Assembly (NCBI GenBank): GCA_029856435.1
Contig: JAHQXB010000031.1
Location: 1 to 18,127 of the forward strand
Source: Candidatus Jordarchaeia archaeon
GTDB taxonomy: Archaea; Asgardarchaeota; Jordiarchaeia; Jordiarchaeales; Jordiarchaeaceae
Length of the DNA: 18,127 nucleotides
Reading direction: 5' to 3'
Part shown: piece after piece, positions 1-7,922 of the stretch
Numbering within the stretch: position 1 is the first letter of the stretch
How the letters are laid out: the number at the start of each line of letters is the position of its first letter
The notes under the pieces: model-generated
Database searches by the model: none
What the model was told of the DNA's origin: nothing
What the model saw: only the letters and a program-made list of their open reading frames with translations
Translations under genes and position numbers: made by a program

Positions 1-99
1 TGGAACATAGCCGCAAAACATCCCATGTGCCGTCCTTTACCGTTGGCGGCGAAAGCCCTCCATGAACCCCTAATGATAAAGGTGAGAGGGAAGGGATGA
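1..99 (+). CDS. tnpB: TnpB (IS200/IS605-IS607 accessory RNA-guided nuclease), 3' end only; gene begins before the window
   Basis: Not in the ORF track. Frame 1 reads WNIAAKHPMCRPLPLAAKALHEPLMIKVRGKG* (TGA 97-99). 'WNI' fits the end of the RuvC-III D-R-D-x-x-(A/G)-x-W-N-I motif, and the 'MC..P.P...' tail resembles archaeal TnpB C-termini as I recall them. Only 32 codons are visible. Confidence 0.6.
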   Translation, partial: WNIAAKHPMCRPLPLAAKALHEPLMIKVRGKG

Positions 100-121
100 A
101 AATCTACAAATCCCACAACGG
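29..121 (+). ncRNA. Candidate TnpB omegaRNA (reRNA) scaffold / transposon right end
   Basis: Hairpin GCCGTC(29-34)/GGCGGC(45-50). Its loop CCGTT(40-44) is complementary to the terminal AACGG(117-121), forming a pseudoknot. Further stems CCCTC(56-60)/GAGGG(86-90) and GGGAT(93-97)/ATCCC(110-114). Overlaps the tnpB 3' end, as TnpB omegaRNAs do. Confidence 0.5.
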
Positions 122-515
122 TTTCCTAATCCTCCCCATATTTCCAGCCCTGTTGGGGCTCCTTAGGAACTCTATATTTGCAAAGGCGGGTGTGCTGTCG
201 GGACTTGTTACCTGCTTTGGTATTGTCGGTGTGGGCCTTGCCCCCATGGTCATGTCTCCACTACATAGTGTTTTTGGTGTAATCTTCTTTGTGTCTGTGG
301 GAATCACAGTTTTTCTTTTGAGCCTAGCCATGTTTCGAGGCAAATTCTTCGCTAAGGCTGTGGCAATTTATGGATTTTTCTTTGTAGTGGTGGATTTGAT
401 CTTTATGATCGTGTCAAGCTCCATCTGGGAGTGGATGGTCTTCTTCGTCTTGGTTACTTGGATTCTGCTAGTGGGAATAGAAATGCTCCGAAAACACAAA
501 GTTACAGAAGTTTAA
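120..515 (+). pseudogene. 5'-truncated DUF998-like membrane protein (interrupted by the tnpB element)
   Basis: ORF 96..515 is hydrophobic from GFLILP onward (GIVGVGLAP...LHSVFG..FF, resembling DUF998). Its first 8 codons (MKIYKSHN) lie inside the element end, so the ATG at 96 is probably not native. Confidence 0.45.
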
Positions 516-566
516 ATTGGGTGATGCTTAAAAATTAAGCGACTTGTTAAACTCAAATTTTTTATT

Positions 567-1031
567 TTAATATTGTTCCTGTGTTATGAGTTTGGGGAAG
601 TAGTATAAGATAATTATGCAGATGATTATACTCAATAGGGGTAGAATGTAAGTTGCGAGCTGGAGGCCGTAGGACCAGTAAAAGAATACTATGGCGGTGT
701 TAATAGCGGCGTATAGTACTGTGAATCTTGTTCCAAAAGTGTAGGAGTATATTTTCATTTCCAGCACCCCATTAGCGATGGCGGAGTTGAAAAAGGTGGT
801 AATTCCCAGAGTAATTGCAATGAGGGGGAAGCTTTGTCCCATTTGAACAGTGGACAAAAACTTGAAGAAGAATTCTGAACCAATGGCTGGCAGTTGCATA
901 CCTATTAAACCTAGAAACCAGAAGGTTGCCGCCCAATAGGGTATTTCCCAACTCATTTTAATGTATAAAGCCAGTAGAATGGACAATTCTATGATGGCGA
1001 GTATTGCTAGGGCAAAGTATAAAATGCCCAT
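567..1031 (-). CDS. Hypothetical multi-pass membrane protein (154 aa)
   Basis: ATG-started ORF with about 5 hydrophobic segments, convergent with the previous gene. No recognisable family motif. Confidence 0.6.
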   Translation of the reverse strand: MGILYFALAILAIIELSILLALYIKMSWEIPYWAATFWFLGLIGMQLPAIGSEFFFKFLSTVQMGQSFPLIAITLGITTFFNSAIANGVLEMKIYSYTFGTRFTVLYAAINTAIVFFYWSYGLQLATYILPLLSIIICIIILYYFPKLITQEQY

Positions 1032-1301
1032 AAATGTAACGCCTAAAGGGCGTCTATCAACTCCAATTATTTCAATTAGCCCCCAAATACAAATTAGTTA
1101 CGAAACAAAAAGTTATGCTAACAATTGAAATACTTCAGCCAAATATTGGACATTGTGCATATTTCTTTTACATTTACTCGCTTTTATCTCTAGTGATTAT
1201 AGTGATGTGGCATTTAGGTTTTAGTTTCTGGTAGGAAACCCTCTCCTATGAGAATTTCATATTTCCTGAGAACTCGTGATTTAATACTTGATTCTGAAGC
1301 C

Positions 1302-1354
1302 TTACAAAGCTGTTGGCGAGAAAGCCCCTGACTTTTAGTCACGGGGAGTATCAA
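1302..1354 (+). mobile_element. IS200/IS605 (IS608-like) non-autonomous mini-element, copy 1 (TTAC target + 49 bp ending TCAA)
   Basis: TTAC|AAAGCTGTTGGCGAG-AAAG-CCCCTGACTTTTAGTCACGGGG-AGTATCAA. 47/53 identical to the reverse complement of 15102-15154; similarity starts exactly at TTAC and stops exactly at TCAA. Confidence 0.8.
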
Positions 1355-1418
1355 CTAGAATCTCTCCTAAAATTGCGTGGAGGTCGAAGAGAAGTTTAAT
1401 GGTTCCTTTTTTATGCTT

Positions 1419-1786
1419 CTAACTTGAAACCTCAAGGAAAAGCGAATAGGAATCTCCGTTTGGCGAAAGGAGTGTTAAAACCCATATGTTCAAACAGAGC
1501 TCCAATTGCATAGTTTTTTGTTCTCTTCTATGATTTCCTTTAGTGCCTTTTTCGGGTTTTTGTTCACCCTCCTTCGGAACCAGCCGCCAAACTTCCTCTC
1601 CTCCCACCCCCTCAACATAGCAGTGTAGGTCTCAGGTTCAACACTGGATAGAGCCTCCTTCAGAGTTACATCCAACACCAGCTCCTCCAGGTACCCATCA
1701 AGAAAGTTGAAGACGTTTAATCTATGTCTTGCTCTGAAAGGAAATGTGTATTTATCCTCTTGATTTTTTGTGTAAAAGTTAAACAC
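1419..1786 (-). pseudogene. Possible decayed hypothetical gene (overlapping frames 1490..1786 and 1419..1607)
   Basis: A 98-aa protein-like frame appears to continue in a second frame after an A-run, and an upstream frame (to ~1890) may join by frameshift. No family recognised. Confidence 0.3.
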
Positions 1787-2176
1787 AGTTCAGGGATTCA
1801 ATAAAAGAGTCATGAGCATTAGAAAGCCCAACCAGAAGAGGCCACCTTAAAACTGTAAAGACCTTGAAGAAGAAAACCTCAAAGAAAATTGGGGATTAGG
1901 AAAAAAATGAGACACGAAAGCCGAAGCTGCCTAGGGAAAGGTAGGAGACCTAGGCGTCTCGTAAATGAACTCACATGAGACACTCTCCAAATAAGTCCTG
2001 CTACGGAAACATCGGAAGTAATGAAGAAAGTTATTTGGTGGATTTAAAAAATCTACTTATCTCGATAATGTTAAATTGATTTGCTTCCCGTATCTGGCGT
2101 TATCAAGTGGTGAAAAATCTTTTTTAAGCGTAATAAGAGAGAAAATCGGGAAGAAACAAGTTACGATAAAACAAAT

Positions 2177-2213
2177 TTGACGTTGTCAAGTTATTTGAAG
2201 TAATTATTTTTAT
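2177..2213 (+). promoter_or_regulatory. Putative operator (TTGAC-N3-GTCAA) plus TATA box upstream of the nitronate monooxygenase gene
   Basis: Inverted repeat at 2177-2189; TTTTATA at ~2207-2213; SD GGAGG at 2274-2278. Confidence 0.4.
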
Positions 2214-2286
2214 ACTAGTTTTCATTAAGATAAATAGTCACTTTTGAAATGATGTGTTTTGAACGTTATAGCAGGAGGATGATTTT

Positions 2287-3270
2287 TTGAAGACGCGAAT
2301 AACTGAACTATTTGGAATTGAGCATCCCATCCTGTGTGGAGGAATGCACCGTTTATGCGTGCCTAAGCTGTGCGCAGCTGTTTCCAATGCTGGAGGTTTA
2401 GGTAGCCTCACCGCTTCCACTTACCCCGAGAAGAAGGATTTTGTGAAAGCTATACGTGAGGTACGCAAACTCACAGACAAGCCATTCTGGTGCAACGTAA
2501 CCATGCTTCCCGCTGTACACCTCGGCGAGGAAAACTACAAGAACTATTTTGACGCCATAATCGAAGAGAATGTGCCCGCTGTGGAGATTTCGGGCATGCC
2601 TGTAGACCGCTTGGCAAATGGGGAATACTTAGATAGGCTCCTAGAAGCCGGCGTAAAGCTGGTACACAAGGTGGGGTCTGTTCGACATGCCAAACATGCA
2701 GAAAAAGTAGGTTACAGCGCAGTCATCGCAGCCGGAGTTGAGGAAGGAGGACACCCCCTTAACGAAAATGTGGCCACCACTATATTAACTCCCCGAATTG
2801 CCGAATCAGTTAAAATACCAGTAATAACAGCGGGAGGCATGGCCGACGGCCGTGGCTTGGCAGCAGCACTCTGCTTGGGTGCGGAGGGCATAATGATGGC
2901 CACCCGCTTTATATGCACTAAAGAATGTGATGTGCACCCCAACGTTAAACAGGAGATTATTCGCCGCCAGGAGAACGAAACAGTGCTCTACGGGAATACT
3001 ATTGGACTACAGGGTCGCGCCCTGTTAAATGATTCCATAAGGAAGGTTCTCGAGATAGAGGAGCGCAAAGGCGGGCTTCAAGAGATACTACCCCACATTG
3101 CCGGAACTTGGGGCCCAGAAATATGGGAAAAGGGAAACACGAATGTGGGATTGATACCTGTTGGCCAATCAATAGGGCTCATCCATGATGTAGTCTCCTG
3201 CAAGGAACTAATTGAGCGAATTGTTAGGGAAGCTGAGGAAATCATCAACCGAGTAAGAGGCAAGTTCTAA
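2287..3270 (+). CDS. Nitronate monooxygenase / FabK-like FMN-dependent oxidoreductase (NPD family)
   Basis: N-terminal MKTRITELFGIEHPILCGGM, AVSNAGGLG, GVEEGGH (catalytic His), VITAGGMADGRG, GIMMATRF. TTG start 8 nt after GGAGG. Confidence 0.9.
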   Translation: MKTRITELFGIEHPILCGGMHRLCVPKLCAAVSNAGGLGSLTASTYPEKKDFVKAIREVRKLTDKPFWCNVTMLPAVHLGEENYKNYFDAIIEENVPAVEISGMPVDRLANGEYLDRLLEAGVKLVHKVGSVRHAKHAEKVGYSAVIAAGVEEGGHPLNENVATTILTPRIAESVKIPVITAGGMADGRGLAAALCLGAEGIMMATRFICTKECDVHPNVKQEIIRRQENETVLYGNTIGLQGRALLNDSIRKVLEIEERKGGLQEILPHIAGTWGPEIWEKGNTNVGLIPVGQSIGLIHDVVSCKELIERIVREAEEIINRVRGKF

Positions 3271-3842
3271 AAGTCCGCAGTAAATGGAAGATGCAAAAAT
3301 CCAAAAGGAAGGGTTGTTAGCGGTAGATAATCTATCCCTCAACGATATTTTGTACTTCTAGAATTCTTAGTGATGTTACTTAATTCTTCTCCTCCCTTTT
3401 TGGAGCTCAAAATCGAGAATAAATTCTAATAATTGCCCCTTTTTTTGAGATGAAACTACGAATCTCCATCTTAAGAATCCTTATTTTGCCAGTTGTTGGA
3501 AGAAAAGTTGAGGCTAAAACCTTACATCAACAAGTACTTTTCATTAATTTTGGGGCGTTAAAACTGCTTCTATCTAGAATAAAGCTTGAGAAACTTCCAG
3601 CTGTTAACAGGGTTTAAAGAAAAATCATTAAATTTACTGTACGTATTCAGTTCCTAGGAGCCGATCTGATGTTATATGCTTCCCTTTCCCTGAAGGGAGG
3701 GATACTTTTTTTCGGGGTGGGAAACATTAGCCAAAGTCTTCCTTCGAGGTTTAGAGCCCCAGTATCCATTACTCGATTACGAGAGCTGAACACATACGCT
3801 AAAGCGCTTTAGACAAAGGATGAAACCCTAAAGTTTTTCATG

Positions 3843-4095
3843 GGAAATACATACAATTTATATTCCTTAAAAACAACCATACACGTAACATGTGCCATGC
3901 AGCTGATTCTGGCCCAGCCCGGGATGCGGGGAAGTTTGAAAAAGCTTAGGAGGGCAGGGCCACAACTGGGAACATTTCTCACCGGAAGCAGGAGAGATGT
4001 GCCTGCTTCAACTGTTCCCCGGGGTGAACCGGTCTCCACCATGAAAACGGGGGAGGGAGACCAAGTTACACAAGGTTAGCGCTGTGTCAGAACGG
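3843..4095 (+). mobile_element. Protein-less TnpB-element remnant (candidate IS607/IS605-derived MITE retaining an omegaRNA-like end)
   Basis: Shares landmarks with 1-121: TG(G)GAACAT...ATGTGCC...AACGG. Frameshifted TnpB-tail-like coding (...GNI; MC...; GEPVSTMKTGEG). Several stems. The left boundary is uncertain. Confidence 0.5.
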
Positions 4096-4249
4096 TCGAT
4101 TCGTCTCCGTTTCTGTTGGCATCGTTGTAGTAAGTTTTCTGGAGGGGGATGGGTTTTTCTCCAGAAGCTTTTTAATTTGGTTTATTCAAAAATAAGGATA
4201 ATCAGCTTTGAGAGAGCATTATAGTTTGTGTTTCGAGAGGTGAGTTGGT

Positions 4250-5008
4250 TTGAGTTTTTACAGGGAAGATTATGAGGTTATTATTCCTAGACCGCCCTAC
4301 ATGTGGCCTGGTGCGCGGATTCTGGCTAGCCTTTATGTTTCGAAGCCGGACATTATTCAGAAGATTCTTCCTCCTCCTTTGGAGGCTGGAAAAGAGGGAA
4401 TAGTTTTGGTTTTTATTGCGGAGTATCCGGAGTCAAATTTTGGGGTGACTTATAATGAGTCAGCGATGTTTGTGCAGGCCAATTTTCCAGCTAGGGAAGG
4501 AAAAATAAATGGTGTTTACTGTCCCTGCATGTATGTGGATAATGATGTGGCCATGATTGGAGGGAGAGAGATATATGGGCTGCCGAAGAAGATAGCCAAA
4601 ATAAATCTTGAAAGGCAGGGAGATAGAGTTACTGGAACTTTGGAAAGAGGCGGTATCACCCTGGTGGACATGGAAGCAAAACTAACAGGTAAGATTGAGG
4701 GCACAATGAGTTTTGGACCCACATTTTCTCTGAGAGTTTTTCCCAGTCCAGACATGGAGGGCCTAAGCCTGGCAGAAATTATCTCTATAGATATAACCAC
4801 GGAGCCAAAGGAGGCGCACTCCGCGACGGGAACCATTAAGTTTGAGAAATCAGAATCTGACCCCCTCTATGAAGTGGAGCCTGTAGTAAATATGGGTATG
4901 ATTTACACCATTGGAACACCCAAAATGTCCAAGGGAACAGTTCTTTACAGGGCGGTGGGGGAAGACACAGAAAAATATCTCCCATTCGTTTACTCACGCA
5001 GTTACTAG
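4250..5008 (+). CDS. Acetoacetate decarboxylase (ADC) family protein
   Basis: IAEYPESNFGVTYNESAMF, YCPCMYVDNDVAMIGGREIYGLPKK (Schiff-base Lys position retained). TTG start after SD GAGGTGA. Confidence 0.88.
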   Translation: MSFYREDYEVIIPRPPYMWPGARILASLYVSKPDIIQKILPPPLEAGKEGIVLVFIAEYPESNFGVTYNESAMFVQANFPAREGKINGVYCPCMYVDNDVAMIGGREIYGLPKKIAKINLERQGDRVTGTLERGGITLVDMEAKLTGKIEGTMSFGPTFSLRVFPSPDMEGLSLAEIISIDITTEPKEAHSATGTIKFEKSESDPLYEVEPVVNMGMIYTIGTPKMSKGTVLYRAVGEDTEKYLPFVYSRSY

Positions 5009-5048
5009 ATTTAACTCAAAATGAGGATTACTTGTAGGGTTAAATTTT

Positions 5049-6566
5049 TTGGGGGTAAACTTTTTGGCAGCTACCGAAAAGGCGTATAGGGAACTGGAAG
5101 AGGTATTGGGAGCGGATTATGTTTCTAACCAAGATTTTGTGAGGCAAGCCTATTCCCGAAATGTGGATCCCGCATTGCCCGACCGCTGGCCGGACATAGT
5201 TGTGCGACCGGGAAGTACGGAGGAGGTTTCACACATTGTTAGGGTGGCCAACAAATATAAGATTCCCATGGTTCCTAGGGGTGGCGGAGCAGACCTTGTG
5301 GGCGGCTCAAAACCCATAGTGGAGGGGGGAATCGTCATTGATCTTACACGTATGAATAGGATCGTTGAGCTCAATGAGGATGTGGGAAACGTTGTAGTGG
5401 AGTGTGGTATTACTTGGGGTGAACTTATAGAGTTTCTTCACAAGAGGGGATATACTACGGGTGTGGAGGGGCCGGGTTCTGGTATGAGTGCCACTATTGG
5501 TGGTGGCCTTTCAAATAACACTATTGGTTTTGGCTCCACAAAGTATGGTCCAGTTACCGAAAACTGTATAGGTGTGGAAGTGGTTCTTCCAAATCCGGAC
5601 GGCGATGTCATAGTTACTGGTTCGGGCGCAAGTCAGTATGTGAAGAGGCCGTTTTCAAGGTGGGGTATGGGGCCAGATTTTACGGGGCTTTTTATGGGCG
5701 ATGTGGGAACTATGGGTATTAAGACTAAGGCGGTTTTGAAAATTTATCCTTTGCCCGAGTATAGGGAGGGATTCACGTTCACTGTGCCAGAGGATTATGA
5801 GTTTGTGGTTAAGGTTACCCACGCGCTTCAGCGTAGGTGTAGTTGGGGGATTTCGGATATCACTCTGACTCCCTCTGCTGTGGTTATGCTTTATTCTTTG
5901 ACTGATGTTATTAAACCTTGGAAGGATATGTTGCTTATGAAACCGGTGATGATGGTGGGAATAGAGGCTGACGATGAGAGGATGTTTGAACTGGCAAGTG
6001 ACATTGTCCACGAAGAATTTGCAAAGCCGGGTGTTGCGGAACTCGGCCCCACCCTCAAGGAGGGAAATATTGCGGAGTGGGTGGGGAAAAAGCAGGGACA
6101 GTGGCAATATTTCCATGGAGTGTTTGGCGTGCTTCCCGGCCACTTCAGCTGCACCACTTGTCACAAAGTTCCCCTAAACCAGATGCCCGAAGTGTTCAGA
6201 ACATCAGATGAGCATACACTAAGAAAGCTGGAGGAATACTCAGGCGCCAATGTTGCTTCACTCACTGCTGCCGTGGTGTATATGATGCCCAGGGGGGAGT
6301 GTGTAATAGTAGGAGGGATGAGTGGTTGGAACAAGCCCGAAATGAGGGAAACCAATCTAAAATTGTGGAAGGAGAGGCTCCGCTTCCAAGTGAAATATGG
6401 AGGGGTACACTACTGGCTGGGGGAAGTTATAAGTCAGGCCATAATGGAAGCAAATGCCTTCCCGCCCAAGTTTACCAAATTTTTCAAAGATGTGAAGAGA
6501 ACTTTAGACCCCAATTTTCTTTTGAGTCCAGGAAAATTCCACTTCTACAGTGCGGAGGAGGAGTAA
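5049..6566 (+). CDS. FAD-binding oxidoreductase, GlcD/D-lactate dehydrogenase (VAO/PCMH) superfamily
   Basis: PDIVVRPGSTEEVS, VPRGGGADLVGG, IVIDLTRMNRI, ATIGGG, GDVGTMGIKTKA, C-terminal LDPNFLLSPGK. Confidence 0.9.
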   Translation: MGVNFLAATEKAYRELEEVLGADYVSNQDFVRQAYSRNVDPALPDRWPDIVVRPGSTEEVSHIVRVANKYKIPMVPRGGGADLVGGSKPIVEGGIVIDLTRMNRIVELNEDVGNVVVECGITWGELIEFLHKRGYTTGVEGPGSGMSATIGGGLSNNTIGFGSTKYGPVTENCIGVEVVLPNPDGDVIVTGSGASQYVKRPFSRWGMGPDFTGLFMGDVGTMGIKTKAVLKIYPLPEYREGFTFTVPEDYEFVVKVTHALQRRCSWGISDITLTPSAVVMLYSLTDVIKPWKDMLLMKPVMMVGIEADDERMFELASDIVHEEFAKPGVAELGPTLKEGNIAEWVGKKQGQWQYFHGVFGVLPGHFSCTTCHKVPLNQMPEVFRTSDEHTLRKLEEYSGANVASLTAAVVYMMPRGECVIVGGMSGWNKPEMRETNLKLWKERLRFQVKYGGVHYWLGEVISQAIMEANAFPPKFTKFFKDVKRTLDPNFLLSPGKFHFYSAEEE

Positions 6567-6567
6567 A

Positions 6568-7785
6568 ATGGCTAATCCTCAAGAAGTTGGGAAGCTGAGA
6601 CACCTAAAAAAACTCGGAGACCTCTTGTATGGCTGCATTGCTTGTGGTGACTGTCGCACCGCGGTGAGATACACTGTAGGGAGGTACAAGGTTTGCCCGG
6701 TGCTGGAACACACTCCAGGGTTTGAGCCCTTCTTTGCACGTGGAAAAATGCAGATAGTACGGGGACTCATTGAGGGAAGACTGAAGCTCAGCCAAGAGTT
6801 AGCCAATGTTGTATACCAGTGCACTACATGTGGGGACTGTCATGCAACGTGCCACCAATCTATGGATCCGAATATTAGCCTCAGTATAGGAAAATACTTG
6901 GATCACACTAAGATTTACGAGGCGTTGAGGGCTGACCTAGTCGACGCGGGCTATGGGCCTATGACTCGGCACAGGGAAATTTTGGAGTGGTGCAAAAGGG
7001 AGCATAACCCCTACATGGAACTACACAAGGATAGAGTTTCCTGGATGCCGGAGGGGGTTGATTTGCCCTCTAGAGGCGAACTTGTGTTCTTTATGGGGTG
7101 CACCGAACCCTACAGACAACCAGAAATCATCCGAAAAATTATAAAGCTACTGCTCTTTGCTGGGGTGCGGCCTGCCCTGATACATCCTGAAGAGTACTGC
7201 TGCGGCTCAGTGGCACTGAGAACTGGTATGCGCGACCTAGCAGAGGAGCTTGCCTTACACAATATAAGGGCGTTTCAAAGCGCTGGTGCAAAGGAGGTGG
7301 TTGTTCACTGTGCAGGATGCTATCGAACTCTCAAGAAAGACTACCCCGATATTTACGGAAAAGAATTGCCCTTCAAGGTGGTTCACATAACTGAAATCCT
7401 AAATAGACTGCTGGTAGAGGGAAAGCTGATGCTCAGGGAGGATTTCAAAAAGGGGAGAGTAACTTATCATGACCCTTGCCACCTTGGGCGGCATTGCGAT
7501 TTCTATGAGCCACCCCGCGAAATAATAAAAAAATTGCCCGGCGTAGAGTTTGTTGAGATGAAACGTAATCGAACCGCTGCCTGGTGCTGTGGGGCGGGTG
7601 GAGGGGTGAAATCCGCGTTTCCGAATCTTGCTGAAAAAATTGCTCGGGCAAGGGTGGAAGACGCGAAAGAAGTGGGAGTGGATTATATTGTGACTGTGTG
7701 TCCATTCTGTGAGAACAATCTACGTTCAGTGGCTGAAAAAGAGGGTATACCAGTTTTGGACATAGTGGACTTGTTTAAAATTTGA
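6568..7785 (+). CDS. (Fe-S)-binding protein with two 4Fe-4S motifs and two CCG domains (GlcF/HdrD-like)
   Basis: CIACGDC...VCP, CTTCGDCHATC, FMGC, YCCGS, HCAGC, YHDPCHLGR, WCCGAGGG, VCPFC. ATG at 6568 lies 1 nt after the upstream stop, so I prefer it over the track's 6550 start. Confidence 0.9.
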   Translation: MANPQEVGKLRHLKKLGDLLYGCIACGDCRTAVRYTVGRYKVCPVLEHTPGFEPFFARGKMQIVRGLIEGRLKLSQELANVVYQCTTCGDCHATCHQSMDPNISLSIGKYLDHTKIYEALRADLVDAGYGPMTRHREILEWCKREHNPYMELHKDRVSWMPEGVDLPSRGELVFFMGCTEPYRQPEIIRKIIKLLLFAGVRPALIHPEEYCCGSVALRTGMRDLAEELALHNIRAFQSAGAKEVVVHCAGCYRTLKKDYPDIYGKELPFKVVHITEILNRLLVEGKLMLREDFKKGRVTYHDPCHLGRHCDFYEPPREIIKKLPGVEFVEMKRNRTAAWCCGAGGGVKSAFPNLAEKIARARVEDAKEVGVDYIVTVCPFCENNLRSVAEKEGIPVLDIVDLFKI

Positions 7786-7922
7786 GACAAAAAAGGGTAA
7801 TAACAGTGCCAATAAATTATAGTGAAGACCGCAACTGTAGATAAGTAATCGTTGTTACCGTAATTTATTTATAATCAATGTTTTTATTTTCTTGAAGATT
7901 TTTAGTGTTTTCGGTGAGGTTC

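Noticed and set aside
1068-1132. CRISPR repeat remnant (AATTGAAAT; inverted TATTTCAATT)
   Set aside because: Only a 10-bp inverted pair; no regularly spaced direct repeats and no cas genes.
3968-4062. HDV-like ribozyme (7-bp P1-like stem and pseudoknot)
   Set aside because: The inner stem is 8 bp rather than a 3-bp P3, the helix order is wrong (no P4 before the P2 3' strand), and there is no L3/J4/2 consensus.
3840-4079. 79-aa ORF (and opposite 3809..4042) as a real protein gene
   Set aside because: No coherent family signal. It is better explained as frameshifted TnpB-tail debris over a structured element.
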